Numbered from the stretch's first letter, positions 8,760 through 20,252 are shown. The stretch: DNA of 64,000 nucleotides from Spirochaetia bacterium (GCA_963677595.1 OY782041.1:832001-896000), one strand, 5' to 3'. Notes: generated by a model from the sequence alone, not told the origin. Made by a program: numbers and translations.

Positions 8760-10751
8760 ATGAACCGTTCGAATATGAACATACAGAATGACCAGGATAA
8801 CCCTAACTGGAATGAAGCCCGAGGACAGAATGACAAGAAGGAACCGGGGATCCACAGTGAAGAAGGTACCTGGTATGACAGGCTCAAGAACAACAAACAC
8901 CGTTTCACGTTCTTCTATATCCTGCTGATCATCATCGGCATCATGGTCGTGAACTCCTTCCTCACTGCTGACCGCAGCAGCACGGAGATCGAGTACAATG
9001 TCTTCAAGGAGTATATCATATCCGGGGAGATCAAGCGTGTAGAGATCACCGATAAACAATACATCGGATACTCGGTGACCAGAGACCTCGTCCTGCAGGC
9101 ACAGGAATCACAGAACCTGCAGTCCATGATGGGGATCACGACCTACAAGACCTACCAGGTCGATGACCCCAACTTCATCCCACTCCTGGACGAGTACGGG
9201 ATCGAGTACTACGCCGCTGCCCCGGTTGAGCCGAGTCTCCTCTCAACGATCATCAGCTGGGTACTTCCCCTGGCGATCATGCTGCTCATCTGGCGATTCG
9301 CCTTCTCCAGGATGAACAAGGGGATGGGTCAGGGAGTCATGTCTTTCAACCAGAACAAGTCCAAGATCGTCGCTGAGAGCGACACGAACACCAGGTTCTC
9401 CGATGTCGCCGGTGCCGACGAGAGCAAGCAGGAGCTTGAGGAGGTCGTGGACTTTCTCAAGAACTCGGAGAAGTACACGGCAGTCGGCGGCAAGGTCCCG
9501 AAGGGCGTCCTCTTAGTTGGCCCTCCGGGAACCGGCAAGACCCTGCTGGCAAAGGCTGTCGCAGGGGAAGCCGGCGTTCCCTTCTTCAAGATGAGCGGGG
9601 CGGACTTCGTGGAGATGTTCGTCGGTGTCGGTGCGGCACGTGTCCGTGACCTCTTCCGCCAGGCACGGGAGAAAGCTCCCTGCATCATCTTCATCGATGA
9701 GATCGATGCTATCGGGAAATCGAGGACGGGAAGCATCTCCGGCAATGACGAACGAGAGCAGACACTGAACCAGCTCCTCGTGGAGATGGACGGATTCGAC
9801 TCACGCTCGAGCGTCATCATCCTCGGGGCGACGAACCGTCCGGAGATCCTCGATCCTGCCCTCCTGAGGCCGGGCCGGTTTGACCGGCAGGTCCTCGTGG
9901 ACAAGCCGGACCTTGAGGGACGACATGCCATCCTCAAGATCCATTCCAGGGATGTGAAGCTGTCGAAGCAGGTCAACCTCAAGGCAATAGCCCAGGCGAC
10001 TGCAGGTCTCTCTGGAGCCGACCTTGCCAACATTGTCAATGAGTCTGCACTCCTGGCTGTCAGGAACAAGCGTACTGCTGTCGAGCAGGAGGACCTGATG
10101 GAGGCTATTGAGAAATCGATTGCCGGCCTCCAGCGTAAAGGCAGGGTCATGAACGAGAAGGAGCGGGAGCGGGTCGCCTACCATGAGGTCGGCCATGCGT
10201 TATCGGCTCATTACACCGAAGGTGCTGACCCGGTCATCAAGATCTCGATCATCCCGAGGGGCCTTGGGGCACTGGGGTATACCCTGCAGCAGCCCACAGA
10301 GGACCGGTTCCTCATGTCGGAGCACGAACTGCTCAACAGCGTCGATATCCTGATGGGAGGACGGGCTGCTGAGGAGGTACGGTACGGTGAGATCTCCACC
10401 GGTGCAGGCAATGACATCAGCAGGGCAAGCGACCTGGTGCGAAAGATGATCACCGAGTACGGGATGAGCGAGAAGTTCAGGAATATCACCCTGCCAAGCG
10501 GCCAGTCACGGACCATGCTCGGGACCGGTATCGGCGGGCAGAAGGAATACTCGGAAGAGACCCAGGAGTATATCGACTCAGAGACCGCCCGGATCGTGAA
10601 CAGCCGGTATGAGAAGATCATAGAACTCCTCAAAGACAAGGGAGCCCTCTTGGAGAAGATCACGAGGAGGCTCCTCGAGATCGAGTCCCTGACCGGGGAC
10701 GAGTTCAAGGGCCTGATCGATGAGTATGAGGAAGCCTTGGCGCTGACCTGA
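8760..10751 (+). CDS. ftsH: ATP-dependent zinc metalloprotease FtsH
   Basis: Two TM helices, [39 protein letters not shown]. Start ATG 8760 follows AAGGAG (the ORF is open from 8694). Confidence 0.96.
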   Translation: MNRSNMNIQNDQDNPNWNEARGQNDKKEPGIHSEEGTWYDRLKNNKHRFTFFYILLIIIGIMVVNSFLTADRSSTEIEYNVFKEYIISGEIKRVEITDKQYIGYSVTRDLVLQAQESQNLQSMMGITTYKTYQVDDPNFIPLLDEYGIEYYAAAPVEPSLLSTIISWVLPLAIMLLIWRFAFSRMNKGMGQGVMSFNQNKSKIVAESDTNTRFSDVAGADESKQELEEVVDFLKNSEKYTAVGGKVPKGVLLVGPPGTGKTLLAKAVAGEAGVPFFKMSGADFVEMFVGVGAARVRDLFRQAREKAPCIIFIDEIDAIGKSRTGSISGNDEREQTLNQLLVEMDGFDSRSSVIILGATNRPEILDPALLRPGRFDRQVLVDKPDLEGRHAILKIHSRDVKLSKQVNLKAIAQATAGLSGADLANIVNESALLAVRNKRTAVEQEDLMEAIEKSIAGLQRKGRVMNEKERERVAYHEVGHALSAHYTEGADPVIKISIIPRGLGALGYTLQQPTEDRFLMSEHELLNSVDILMGGRAAEEVRYGEISTGAGNDISRASDLVRKMITEYGMSEKFRNITLPSGQSRTMLGTGIGGQKEYSEETQEYIDSETARIVNSRYEKIIELLKDKGALLEKITRRLLEIESLTGDEFKGLIDEYEEALALT

Positions 10752-10961
10752 TACCAACAGGTTCGTATGATCCAGAGAATACAGGGAGGCAATTCGCCTC
10801 CCTTTTCTGGATGAAAATACCACTTTCATCGATTTCCACGGTATAATACCTCTAGCATCGTTGCGTTTATTTCTATATGGTATGAGGAAATTCGGTCGAA
10901 TAGACGGCGTACCCTCCACAGGGGTACCTCAACATACATAGCGAGGGTAGGAGAAAGCATC

Positions 10962-13202
10962 ATGAGGTTCTTTGCACAGACTGCTGCAAATATCAATGAC
11001 ATAACGGCTTCCGAGATCAGGGATCTCGGCGGTGACAAGATCAAGCTGGTCCCGGGCGGGGTACAGTTCCAGGGGGATACCGAACTCGGGTATCGCGTCT
11101 GCATGTTCTCACGGACGGCTTCAAGGATGCTGGTCGAGCTCGACCCGGCAGTCGAAGGCCGTGCAAAGGTCAAGGTCACGGACAAGGACTCCCTCTATGA
11201 TGCTGCCTATGCGATCGGCTGGGATGAGCACTTCACCTCTGACATGACCTTCGCTGTCACCTTGACGGCAACCAGGGCCAAATGGCTGAACAACACACAA
11301 TTCGGGGCCCTCAGGGTCAAGGATGCTATCGTCGACTACATGCGCCACAAGCACCAGACACGTCCCGATGTCGATGCGAAGAACCCGGATGTGACCTTCC
11401 ACGTTCATATCTCCGGGACGCAGGCGATCTTCTACCTGGACTTCTCAGGTCAGGGCCTCCATAAGCGGGGGTACCGTATCCACACGAATGAGGCGATGCT
11501 CAAGGAGCACCTTGCTGCATCCCTCCTTCACCGTTCAGGCTTCAAGACCTTCCATGAGGAACTCCCTACCCTGCTTGACCCCTTCTGCGGCATGGGAACC
11601 ATCCCCATCGAGGCTGCTCTCGTTGCGACCAACACCGCCCCGGGACTGATCACCGACGGGCGATTCGGCTTCCTCAAGTGGCTCGGGCACATCCCGGCTG
11701 TCTGGGATGCGGTCAAGGCAGAAGCTGAAGCACAACGGCGTCCTGCGAATGCCAGGATCCTTGCCTGGGATATCGACCCGAAGGCGATCGAGTATGCTAA
11801 AGAGCATGCCGAGCGTGCAGGTGTCGCAGAAGTGATAGACTTCGAGGTGAAGGACTTCACAAGACTCAAAGAGACGCTTCCAGCCGGTATCATCGTTACC
11901 GATCCTCCCTATGGGATCAGGATGGGAACCTTGAAGGAGGTCACCCTCCTCTACCACCAGATGGGCAAGATCCTCCCGGACCATTTCCCCGGCTGGAAGG
12001 TGAACATTCTCTGCGGAGAACCTGAGATGCTCGAGGAGATACGCTTAAGGCCCTCCTCAACGAACGCTATCTACAACGGATCGATCCAGTGTGTCTTCGC
12101 ACGCTATGACATCTTCGATGCGGAGAAGCGAAGGGAACTTGAGGAGAAAGCGGAGGAACGAAAGCGCGCCAGGCTTGAAGCTCCCCTCGGGGAACGTGCC
12201 GAAATGTGCATGAACCGGATCAAGAAGAACAAGCGGATGATCAAGAACTTCCTGAAGAAGAACGAAGTCACCAGCTACCGCATCTATGATGCAGATATTC
12301 CGGAGTTCGCAGCTGCTGTCGACATCTATGAGAACAGATGGGCTCATATACAGGAGTATGCCCCGCCGAAGACCATCGACCCGAGGAAGGCTGAGGACAA
12401 CTTCAGCCAGCTCATCGATGCGGTCCAGCGAGCGACCGAGATCCCCTATGAGAACATCTACACCAAGCAGAGGAAGAAGCAGAAGGGGTCTGAACAGTAC
12501 ACCAAACTGAACACGAAGGGGCAGATGTACATCATGCGTGAGCATGGACTGAAGTTCCTCGTAAACTTCACTGACTACCTCGATACCGGCATCTTCCTCG
12601 ACCACCGCCCGATAAGGGGCAAGATCCAGGAACTCGCAAAGGGCGGCAGGTTCCTCAACCTCTTCGCCTACACCGGGACAGCTACCGTACATGCCGCAGC
12701 AGGCGGGGCCCTGAGCACGGTAACCGTCGATGCATCACAGACCTACCTCAAGTGGGCTGAGGAGAACATGGCACTCAACGGGTTCACCACCATGAACCAT
12801 ATCTACTACAAGGATGACTGCATCCATTGGTTGAAAGCCAACAAGGACAAGTTCGACCTGATCTTTCTCGATCCCCCGACCTTCTCCAACTCCAAGTCCA
12901 GGAAGGATGCCTTTGATATCCAGAAGGACCACAGGGGTCTGATCATGCTCGTCATGAAGCACCTCACCCCCAACGGTACCCTCATCTTCTCAAACAACTT
13001 CAGGCGCTTCTACATGGACCCGAAGCTGAAAGAGCAGTACCTTGTAGAAGAGATCACCGATGAGTCCATCCCCGATGACTTCAAGAGGAATCTGAAGATT
13101 CATCGCTGCTGGACCTTCAGGCCAAAGCGGGTCGTCACCAAACCGACTGCACCGAAGGCTAAACCTGCTAAGAAGATCGTATTGAAGAAGCCGATCGAGT
13201 AA
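10962..13202 (+). CDS. rlmKL: Bifunctional 23S rRNA methyltransferase RlmKL
   Basis: THUMP region, LHKRGYR, DPFCGMGT, DPPYG; second methyltransferase domain with YDADIPE, YLDTGIFLDHR, NLFAYTG, DPPTFSNSK. Confidence 0.95.
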   Translation: MRFFAQTAANINDITASEIRDLGGDKIKLVPGGVQFQGDTELGYRVCMFSRTASRMLVELDPAVEGRAKVKVTDKDSLYDAAYAIGWDEHFTSDMTFAVTLTATRAKWLNNTQFGALRVKDAIVDYMRHKHQTRPDVDAKNPDVTFHVHISGTQAIFYLDFSGQGLHKRGYRIHTNEAMLKEHLAASLLHRSGFKTFHEELPTLLDPFCGMGTIPIEAALVATNTAPGLITDGRFGFLKWLGHIPAVWDAVKAEAEAQRRPANARILAWDIDPKAIEYAKEHAERAGVAEVIDFEVKDFTRLKETLPAGIIVTDPPYGIRMGTLKEVTLLYHQMGKILPDHFPGWKVNILCGEPEMLEEIRLRPSSTNAIYNGSIQCVFARYDIFDAEKRRELEEKAEERKRARLEAPLGERAEMCMNRIKKNKRMIKNFLKKNEVTSYRIYDADIPEFAAAVDIYENRWAHIQEYAPPKTIDPRKAEDNFSQLIDAVQRATEIPYENIYTKQRKKQKGSEQYTKLNTKGQMYIMREHGLKFLVNFTDYLDTGIFLDHRPIRGKIQELAKGGRFLNLFAYTGTATVHAAAGGALSTVTVDASQTYLKWAEENMALNGFTTMNHIYYKDDCIHWLKANKDKFDLIFLDPPTFSNSKSRKDAFDIQKDHRGLIMLVMKHLTPNGTLIFSNNFRRFYMDPKLKEQYLVEEITDESIPDDFKRNLKIHRCWTFRPKRVVTKPTAPKAKPAKKIVLKKPIE

Positions 13203-13221
13203 CCGTACACGCAATATAGTT

Positions 13222-13267
13222 AAGGCTCTGAACTGGGAAATACGGTCCTGTTCAGAGCCTTTTTATT
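13222..13267 (+). terminator. Intrinsic terminator of rlmKL
   Basis: AAGGCTCTGAAC/GTTCAGAGCCTT stem plus T tract. Confidence 0.8.
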
Positions 13268-13275
13268 CGGTCATA

Positions 13276-13305
13276 ATAAAAGCCGCTCTCGCGAGCGGCT
13301 TTTAT
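13276..13305 (-). terminator. Intrinsic (bidirectional) terminator of the outer membrane protein gene
   Basis: ATAAAAGCCGCTC-TCGC-GAGCGGCTTTTAT. Confidence 0.85.
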
Positions 13306-13327
13306 ATATCAGATTTCTATCAGAATC

Positions 13328-14551
13328 TTAGAGAGTAATTGAAACCTTAGCAGCTACGACACCCTTGTCAGCGCCAGCAACGTCAGTTGATTCCCAACCG
13401 AGGTATACTGTTGCACCATCAATAAGTGTTGTACTTTCAACGTATGCAGCAAGGTCAATAGCACCAGCGCCAGCAGCAACAGTGTATCCACCTGCGAGAG
13501 TTACATCAAAGTCTTCCATTGCGTAAACAGCTTCAACACCAGCGTCCCAGTCACCTGCAGTGGTTCCATCAGTAGCATTAGTTGTCAGTGTATAACCACC
13601 ATCGACAGTAAGAGCAAGCTCATCAGTTGCGTCCATCTCTACAGTTGCCCCAATAACCTGTGAGGTAAGGAGCAGATCACCGTTAAGAGTGATTGTAGCA
13701 GGATCAAGAGCTGCAACAAGCTGAGCATAGAGGTTGTCACCATAGTATGCATCAAGTGAGAATGCATCTACAGAAGCAGAAAGTGAAGCGTCAAGATCTG
13801 TGAAGTTATCAACTGTATCAACAGCGACAGCAACAGCAGTTCCATCCATTTCGTAAGCAAGCTTGAGACCTGCATCGAAAGCACCATCAAATGCAGCTGC
13901 AACATCTACAGTCACGCCATCAGCAACTTCCATTGAAGTAGCAGCGTAAACAGCATAATCTAAATCGCCATCATCAGTTGCATCAAGAGGATCGCCATCT
14001 TCATCACCGTTGTAGAAATCTACACCAAGAGTGTAGTCTTCATATGTAACTGCGATACCGCCGCCGTCACCAAAGTCTCCAGCTACGTCATCTTCGTTGT
14101 CATCATCCTCATCATAGTCCTGGTAAGATGCAGCATAGCTGAAATCATCAGCCATTCCAAGGATTGAAACTTCCCAGTTCTCACCAACGATCTTTGCTGT
14201 GTCAAATGAGAAATCAGATACGATCTCATCACCAAGCTCATCAAGCAGACCACCATCATCACCAACAGTGTCTGAATCATCAGCATCAGTACCACCGATG
14301 TTCACATCGATAGAACCGCTCATCTCGATCACAGCGTATACGTCTGCATCGCCCATTGCACTAGCATCACCTGATTCAAGTGTGAAGCTGAAAGCAACGT
14401 CATCACCATCCTGATTGTCTACAAAGCCAAATTCATTTGTGTCAAGGTCATACTGAAGAGCGAGGTCTGCAGTACCAGTTAAAGTGATGTCAGCGAAAGC
14501 CATACCGCCGATAAGAAGCAGTGCCAAAAGTACGATAGAAATTTTTTTCAT
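13328..14551 (-). CDS. Acidic beta-barrel outer membrane protein, major outer sheath protein (Msp)-like
   Basis: Signal peptide (MKKISIVLLALLLIGGMAFA), alternating beta-strand pattern, terminal strand VAAKVSITL, high-expression codon usage, GGAGG SD. Confidence 0.65.
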   Translation of the reverse strand: MKKISIVLLALLLIGGMAFADITLTGTADLALQYDLDTNEFGFVDNQDGDDVAFSFTLESGDASAMGDADVYAVIEMSGSIDVNIGGTDADDSDTVGDDGGLLDELGDEIVSDFSFDTAKIVGENWEVSILGMADDFSYAASYQDYDEDDDNEDDVAGDFGDGGGIAVTYEDYTLGVDFYNGDEDGDPLDATDDGDLDYAVYAATSMEVADGVTVDVAAAFDGAFDAGLKLAYEMDGTAVAVAVDTVDNFTDLDASLSASVDAFSLDAYYGDNLYAQLVAALDPATITLNGDLLLTSQVIGATVEMDATDELALTVDGGYTLTTNATDGTTAGDWDAGVEAVYAMEDFDVTLAGGYTVAAGAGAIDLAAYVESTTLIDGATVYLGWESTDVAGADKGVVAAKVSITL

Positions 14552-14622
14552 ACTTCCTCCTAAAAAGTTCGGGGCAGGCCAAAGACCCGCGTAATTCCCT
14601 TTTATTTAGCTATACTTCGACA

Positions 14623-14651
14623 ATTATAACAATCGAGTCTATTACTGTCAA
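14623..14651 (-). promoter_or_regulatory. Consensus sigma-70 promoter of the outer membrane protein gene
   Basis: TTGACA-17 bp-TATAAT with an extended -10 TG. Confidence 0.85.
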
Positions 14652-14865
14652 GAAATTATCATAATAGTAAGTTTTATCTACTATACAATGATTTCCGACC
14701 GTTTTTAGGCTTTTTTTGTTATGCTTGTCTCCATTTTTTTTGCGTACTATCCTCTTTAGTACGACTACAAACTATAACACATAAAACTTATAATAGTTAA
14801 ATAAAATATGAATTTATCATGAATAAATTCAGATAATACTATGTAAATCTTCTCCTACCAATGAA

Positions 14866-15837
14866 TTATATCTCGATCTTCTGATTATCCCGCCAGGTTT
14901 CCACATCCAGGGAGTATCGCTGGCTCAATAATGTGAATCCCCTTCGGTCCAGGGACGGGGCCAATGATTTCGACCTGCCGCTCATCTCGATCATGACTTT
15001 GTCTGCATGTTCCTCTGATGCTTTCCTGCATAAGGTGTCTATCAATAACTTGAAGATTCCCAAGCCCCGGTACTGCGGCTCAACATAGAGCACCCTGACA
15101 TTATATATAAGGGATGCATTGTCGACCCTGATCGGGGCAGCCCCGATGAACCCGGCGAACTCCCCTGCCGGGGACTCGATGCAGACGGTGAGCCACGACT
15201 TATCGAAGTTGTTCCAGGTAGCCGTATACTCCCCGAGCAGCAGCTGCTCCAATGGGTACCCGATACCTGAGAACTCCGCAGCGAGGCGCTCCTCGCTGAT
15301 CAGTCGTATATGGTCCTTCCAAGGGGAGAGGTCATAGGAAACGATGAAGTCGGAGAGGATCAGGTCCGAGACGTTCTCCTCGGGTTCCCCGAGGCTCTTC
15401 AGGTAGAGCAGTTCCGTCTGCTGCTCGTACCAGGAGTAGATCTTCTGCTTGATCTCCCGTTCCTTGTAGTAGAACCAGAGCCGTTCGACTGCAGGTTCCT
15501 GCTTGAGCACGTTCTTGAACTCCCGGAAGACCCCCTTCCCCCGTGCGAGGGCTGACCGCAGTTTGTCGCGGTAGATCGGGTTGCGCAGGGAGGAGACGAA
15601 CTTCTCCATGGTCCGGAACCCGTCCGAGGGTTTCCATTCAGGCAGTTCGATGAACCGGCCCTCATCCTCGAGGTCTCCCTCGCCCAGGAGTTCCGGGCCA
15701 GAGGGGACCCCTGTCTTCAGGTCCAGGATGTACTCTGAGGACTGGTCCTCCATGCAGAAGATGATCTGGTAGACCAGTTCATCGGTAAGGGGCGGTATCA
15801 CATGATTTCCGGGTTTTGTCTGTGTCTTCGTATCCAT
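14866..15837 (-). CDS. UPF0158-domain / GNAT acetyltransferase fusion protein
   Basis: N-terminus YILDLKTG...GFRTMEKFV...ALARGKGVFREFKNVL...LWF (UPF0158-like); C-terminus LYVEPQYRGLGIF (GNAT motif A). Confidence 0.75.
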   Translation of the reverse strand: MDTKTQTKPGNHVIPPLTDELVYQIIFCMEDQSSEYILDLKTGVPSGPELLGEGDLEDEGRFIELPEWKPSDGFRTMEKFVSSLRNPIYRDKLRSALARGKGVFREFKNVLKQEPAVERLWFYYKEREIKQKIYSWYEQQTELLYLKSLGEPEENVSDLILSDFIVSYDLSPWKDHIRLISEERLAAEFSGIGYPLEQLLLGEYTATWNNFDKSWLTVCIESPAGEFAGFIGAAPIRVDNASLIYNVRVLYVEPQYRGLGIFKLLIDTLCRKASEEHADKVMIEMSGRSKSLAPSLDRRGFTLLSQRYSLDVETWRDNQKIEI

Positions 15838-15983
15838 CGGTGATTATTGTACCCTTAAGTGAGGCGGAAGTAAATAACAGATTCCAATCATGTGAATACC
15901 GCCGGGATAAGGGCTTACCCCTTGACTTAGCGGTAAATAAATACGATATTCAAGGGGTGAATAACTTATTCAGGAGAGTATAA

Positions 15984-17285
<1,302 letters not shown>

Positions 17286-17311
17286 TTGACACCCGTCTAA
17301 CGGAACTTCAC

Positions 17312-17344
17312 AGGAGTGCTTCATAACGAAGCACTCCTTTTTTT
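17312..17344 (+). terminator. Intrinsic terminator of eno
   Basis: AGGAGTGCTTC-ATAAC-GAAGCACTCCT followed by TTTTTT. Confidence 0.9.
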
Positions 17345-17399
17345 AAAGCTTCTCCTACTTGTTGAATCAAACCACACGTTTTCCTGTTTATATATAGGT

Positions 17400-18314
17400 A
17401 TGAGAAGAAAAACAAGAATCATATACCACAGCTTCATGTACCGGGGGATAGAGCTCCTCCCGATCACCAGGGATGTCGTATTCAAGGCAGTCTTCACCGA
17501 CCCGGAGAACAAGCCAGTCCTGTTCTCCCTGCTGCAAGGCTTCCTTGATATCACGGCGGCATCTCCCGAGGACATCGAGATCGTCTCCGGCGAGAAACAC
17601 CGCCAGTTCTACGATGACAAGCTCTTCCGTCTCGACCTGAGAGTGAAGACCACCTCAAATGAGCATATCGACGTGGAAGTCCAGATACAGGACAAGAAGG
17701 ATATCGTCAAGCGGAGTATCTACTACACGGCTTCCCTGTTTGCGGAACAGATGAAGAAGGGATTGAAGTATTCTAAGCTTGGCAGGACTGTAGCTTTGAA
17801 TATTCTGTGCTATACTATCCCTGAAGGGGAGAACAAGCCGTATATAACGAGCTATACCCTTCACGACAAGGAGAGCCTTGAGGAACTCACAGACGCTTTT
17901 GAACTGGTTTTCGTGGAATTACCCAAAGCCCCGCAGCTGAATGGATTACGAGACCTGCAGGAGCAATGGACAGCGTTCTTCACTGCTCAGGATGAGGAGA
18001 CACTGAACAGGCTCTGTGAAACGAACAGCCTGTTCGAGAAGGCGGTGGACAAGATGGTATATGTAAGCCTGGAAGAGAGACAGCGGTATGACCGTGATAT
18101 GGAGAGAAAGACCGAATTCGATGCGGCAGCCGAGGAGCAGTATCGCCTGGAAGCCTTGGAAGAGGCAAGAGAAGAAGGTCTTGCGACAGGTGCTCGGGAA
18201 AGGCAGATAGAGAGTGCCAGACGGCTCATCATGGAACATGCTGAGAACATGTTCATATCCAAGATCACGGACCTCACTGAAGCAGAGATCGAAGCTTTGA
18301 GAGCAGAGATGTAA
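17400..18314 (+). CDS. Rpn-family PD-(D/E)XK nuclease (recombination-promoting nuclease / putative transposase)
   Basis: DVVFKAVF, RLDLRVK, IDVEVQ, RSIYY, FVELPK, EEGLATG coil and ISKITDLTEAEIEAL tail. Start is 17400 or 17436. Confidence 0.9.
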   Translation: MRRKTRIIYHSFMYRGIELLPITRDVVFKAVFTDPENKPVLFSLLQGFLDITAASPEDIEIVSGEKHRQFYDDKLFRLDLRVKTTSNEHIDVEVQIQDKKDIVKRSIYYTASLFAEQMKKGLKYSKLGRTVALNILCYTIPEGENKPYITSYTLHDKESLEELTDAFELVFVELPKAPQLNGLRDLQEQWTAFFTAQDEETLNRLCETNSLFEKAVDKMVYVSLEERQRYDRDMERKTEFDAAAEEQYRLEALEEAREEGLATGARERQIESARRLIMEHAENMFISKITDLTEAEIEALRAEM

Positions 18315-18496
18315 GACTGTTTCGTTAGAATCATCCCGGTTCTATGAAGTTCTGACTGGACAGGCTCTGTGAAACGAACAGCCTGTTCGAGAAGGCGGTG
18401 GACAAGATGGTATATGTAAGTCTGGAAGAGAGACAGCGGTATGACCGTGATATGGAGAGAAAGACTGAGTTCGATGCTGCAGCCGAGGAACAGTAT
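18007..18496 (+). repeat. 137-bp direct repeat (18007-18143 / 18360-18496)
   Basis: Aligned by eye at offset 353: 5 mismatches, all at synonymous third positions. A second 31-bp arm lies at 18273-18303 / 18569-18599 with 1 synonymous mismatch. Confidence 0.95.
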
Positions 18497-18610
18497 TACA
18501 AGGAAGAGGTTGCTATGAGACTCTTTGCAGAAGGAGTCGACACGCCCTTCATCTCCCGGGTAACAGGACTCACTGAAGCAGAGATCGAGGCTTTGAGAGA
18601 GGGATCCTGA
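18398..18610 (+). CDS. Stand-alone Rpn C-terminal module (RpnS-like small protein)
   Basis: 67-70 aa; MVYVSLEERQRYDRDMERKTEFDAAAEEQY and LTEAEIEALR are identical to the upstream Rpn tail; in-frame TGA just upstream at 18353. Confidence 0.75.
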   Translation: MDKMVYVSLEERQRYDRDMERKTEFDAAAEEQYYKEEVAMRLFAEGVDTPFISRVTGLTEAEIEALREGS

Positions 18611-19216
18611 TTATTCTTCCATTTCACTGAAGAGCTCATCTACCCAGTGCTTCACCGGGCCGTAGGAGAATCCTTTTCGTGCCAGCCGCTGCATAAGTTT
18701 CTCAGGGGTATCCCCCCGCTTATAATACCTGCCTACGGCCTCTTTCGTGATCTGTGATTCATCGAGCTCCGCGGCATCAAGCGCTTCTTGTGCCAGGCTG
18801 CTGTCCACACCCTTCTGCATAAGCCCTGCCAGGAGCATCTTCCGACTCTCCGGCTTCTTCCTGAGCCGTGAGCGTATCCAGATCTCGGCGAATCGCGCAT
18901 CATCGAGGTACCGTTTCCCTATAAGATAGTCAATGGTCTCAGCGATGATGGGTTCCGGGTACTCACGCTGCAGGAGCTTCATCCGCATCTCCTGGATACT
19001 GTGGTCCCGCATGGCAAGCAGGTCGAGGGCCTTGGCCTTGACCGTGACCCGTACCGATTCTTCCTCGAGGGAGAGGTACTCCTCCTCCGTCAGCTCCTGC
19101 CCTGTTGCCAGGCCATAGGATTCCGATACTGCCTTGGGAATAAAAAAAGAGGAGCCATCCCCTGTGACAGCGGTAAGACCCCTGCCGGATGCTCCTCTCC
19201 TGATACGAGCGTACAT
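18611..19216 (-). CDS. recX: RecX-family regulatory protein
   Basis: ALDLLAMRDHSIQEMRMKL, YLDDARFAE, LMQKGV, LARKGFSY repeats. Confidence 0.9.
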   Translation of the reverse strand: MYARIRRGASGRGLTAVTGDGSSFFIPKAVSESYGLATGQELTEEEYLSLEEESVRVTVKAKALDLLAMRDHSIQEMRMKLLQREYPEPIIAETIDYLIGKRYLDDARFAEIWIRSRLRKKPESRKMLLAGLMQKGVDSSLAQEALDAAELDESQITKEAVGRYYKRGDTPEKLMQRLARKGFSYGPVKHWVDELFSEMEE

Positions 19217-19228
19217 ATGTACGGATAC

Positions 19229-19627
19229 TTATCGTTTTGAGAACTGGAACTTTCTTCGTGCTCCCTTCTGCCCGTATTTCTTTCTCTCGACCATTCTCGG
19301 GTCTCGAGTAAGGAATCCGTTAGCACGGAGGGTGCTGATGTTCGACTCATCGTAATGTGCCAGGGCCCGTGCGATGCCGTGTCGGCAGGCACCAGCCTGT
19401 CCTGACGGTCCGCCGCCCTTGACGTTGATGACGACGTCGAACTTCGCGAGTGTGTCGGTAACATCCAGAGGCTGCTTCACGACATAGACGAAACTCGGGT
19501 TCCCGAAGAACTCATCCACAGTCCTGTCGTTCACTTTGATCTGACCGCTTCCCTCTCGGAGGTAGACACGTGCCACAGCAGTCTTTCTTCTTCCTGTTCC
19601 CAGTGCAAGGTTTACATTATTTGCCAT
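19229..19627 (-). CDS. rpsI: 30S ribosomal protein S9
   Basis: [27 protein letters not shown]...QFSKR. Confidence 0.99.
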   Translation of the reverse strand: MANNVNLALGTGRRKTAVARVYLREGSGQIKVNDRTVDEFFGNPSFVYVVKQPLDVTDTLAKFDVVINVKGGGPSGQAGACRHGIARALAHYDESNISTLRANGFLTRDPRMVERKKYGQKGARRKFQFSKR

Positions 19628-19644
19628 TCTTTCGCTCCTAACTC

Positions 19645-20073
19645 TTACAGTTCAACCTTGATAGGTTTCTGAGCCGCATGCGGATGATCCGGACCGGCAT
19701 AGACTTTAAGATTCGTGAAGAGGGTCCTTCCCAATCGTCCTTTCGGCAGCATGCCTCGTACAGCGTTCTCCATCGGGAACACAGGCTTTCGGGCGATCAT
19801 GTGCTTGTAGGTCTCTGCTGTCAGCCCGCCGGGGTAACCTGAGTGTCGGTAGTAGACCTTCTTGGTCTCCTTCCCGCCGGTAACTTCTGCCTTCTCAGCG
19901 TTCACGATGATGACAAAATCACCGAGATCCTGGTGAGGAGCGAATTCAGGTTTGTTCTTCCCTCGAAGAATCTTTGCTGCCTCTACGGCAACACGACCAA
20001 GACGTTTCCCTTCGGCATCAATGATGTACCACTTCTTCACTACGTCTTTTGGTTTTACAAATATCGTTTTCAT
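19645..20073 (-). CDS. rplM: 50S ribosomal protein L13
   Basis: [38 protein letters not shown]. Confidence 0.99.
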   Translation of the reverse strand: MKTIFVKPKDVVKKWYIIDAEGKRLGRVAVEAAKILRGKNKPEFAPHQDLGDFVIIVNAEKAEVTGGKETKKVYYRHSGYPGGLTAETYKHMIARKPVFPMENAVRGMLPKGRLGRTLFTNLKVYAGPDHPHAAQKPIKVEL

Positions 20074-20252
20074 ATCTTCTACCCTATTATAGAAATAGCT
20101 TTAACTGCGTAATAGCGGTGTATCTTTTCACATATACCGCGTATTGTCAAGAAGTCTACGGCATAGAACGTCAAAAAATGACGCAACTATCCCTATAGAC
20201 CCTGCTGCCCGTTCTGCTTGATTTATCCCTACCGTATCAGTATCTTCTTCCT

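Noticed and set aside
14660-14865. AT-rich intergenic stretches (also 7510-7700) as foreign DNA or an origin
   Set aside because: Consistent with ordinary promoter-upstream regions; no DnaA-box cluster or repeats seen.
17316-17399. ORF-track start 17316 for the Rpn gene
   Set aside because: It falls inside the eno terminator hairpin.
17400-18610. Rpn locus as an IS element, or the duplicate as an assembly artefact
   Set aside because: No terminal inverted repeats or target duplication were seen; the copies differ by synonymous changes and a distinct middle, which a simple misassembly would not give.
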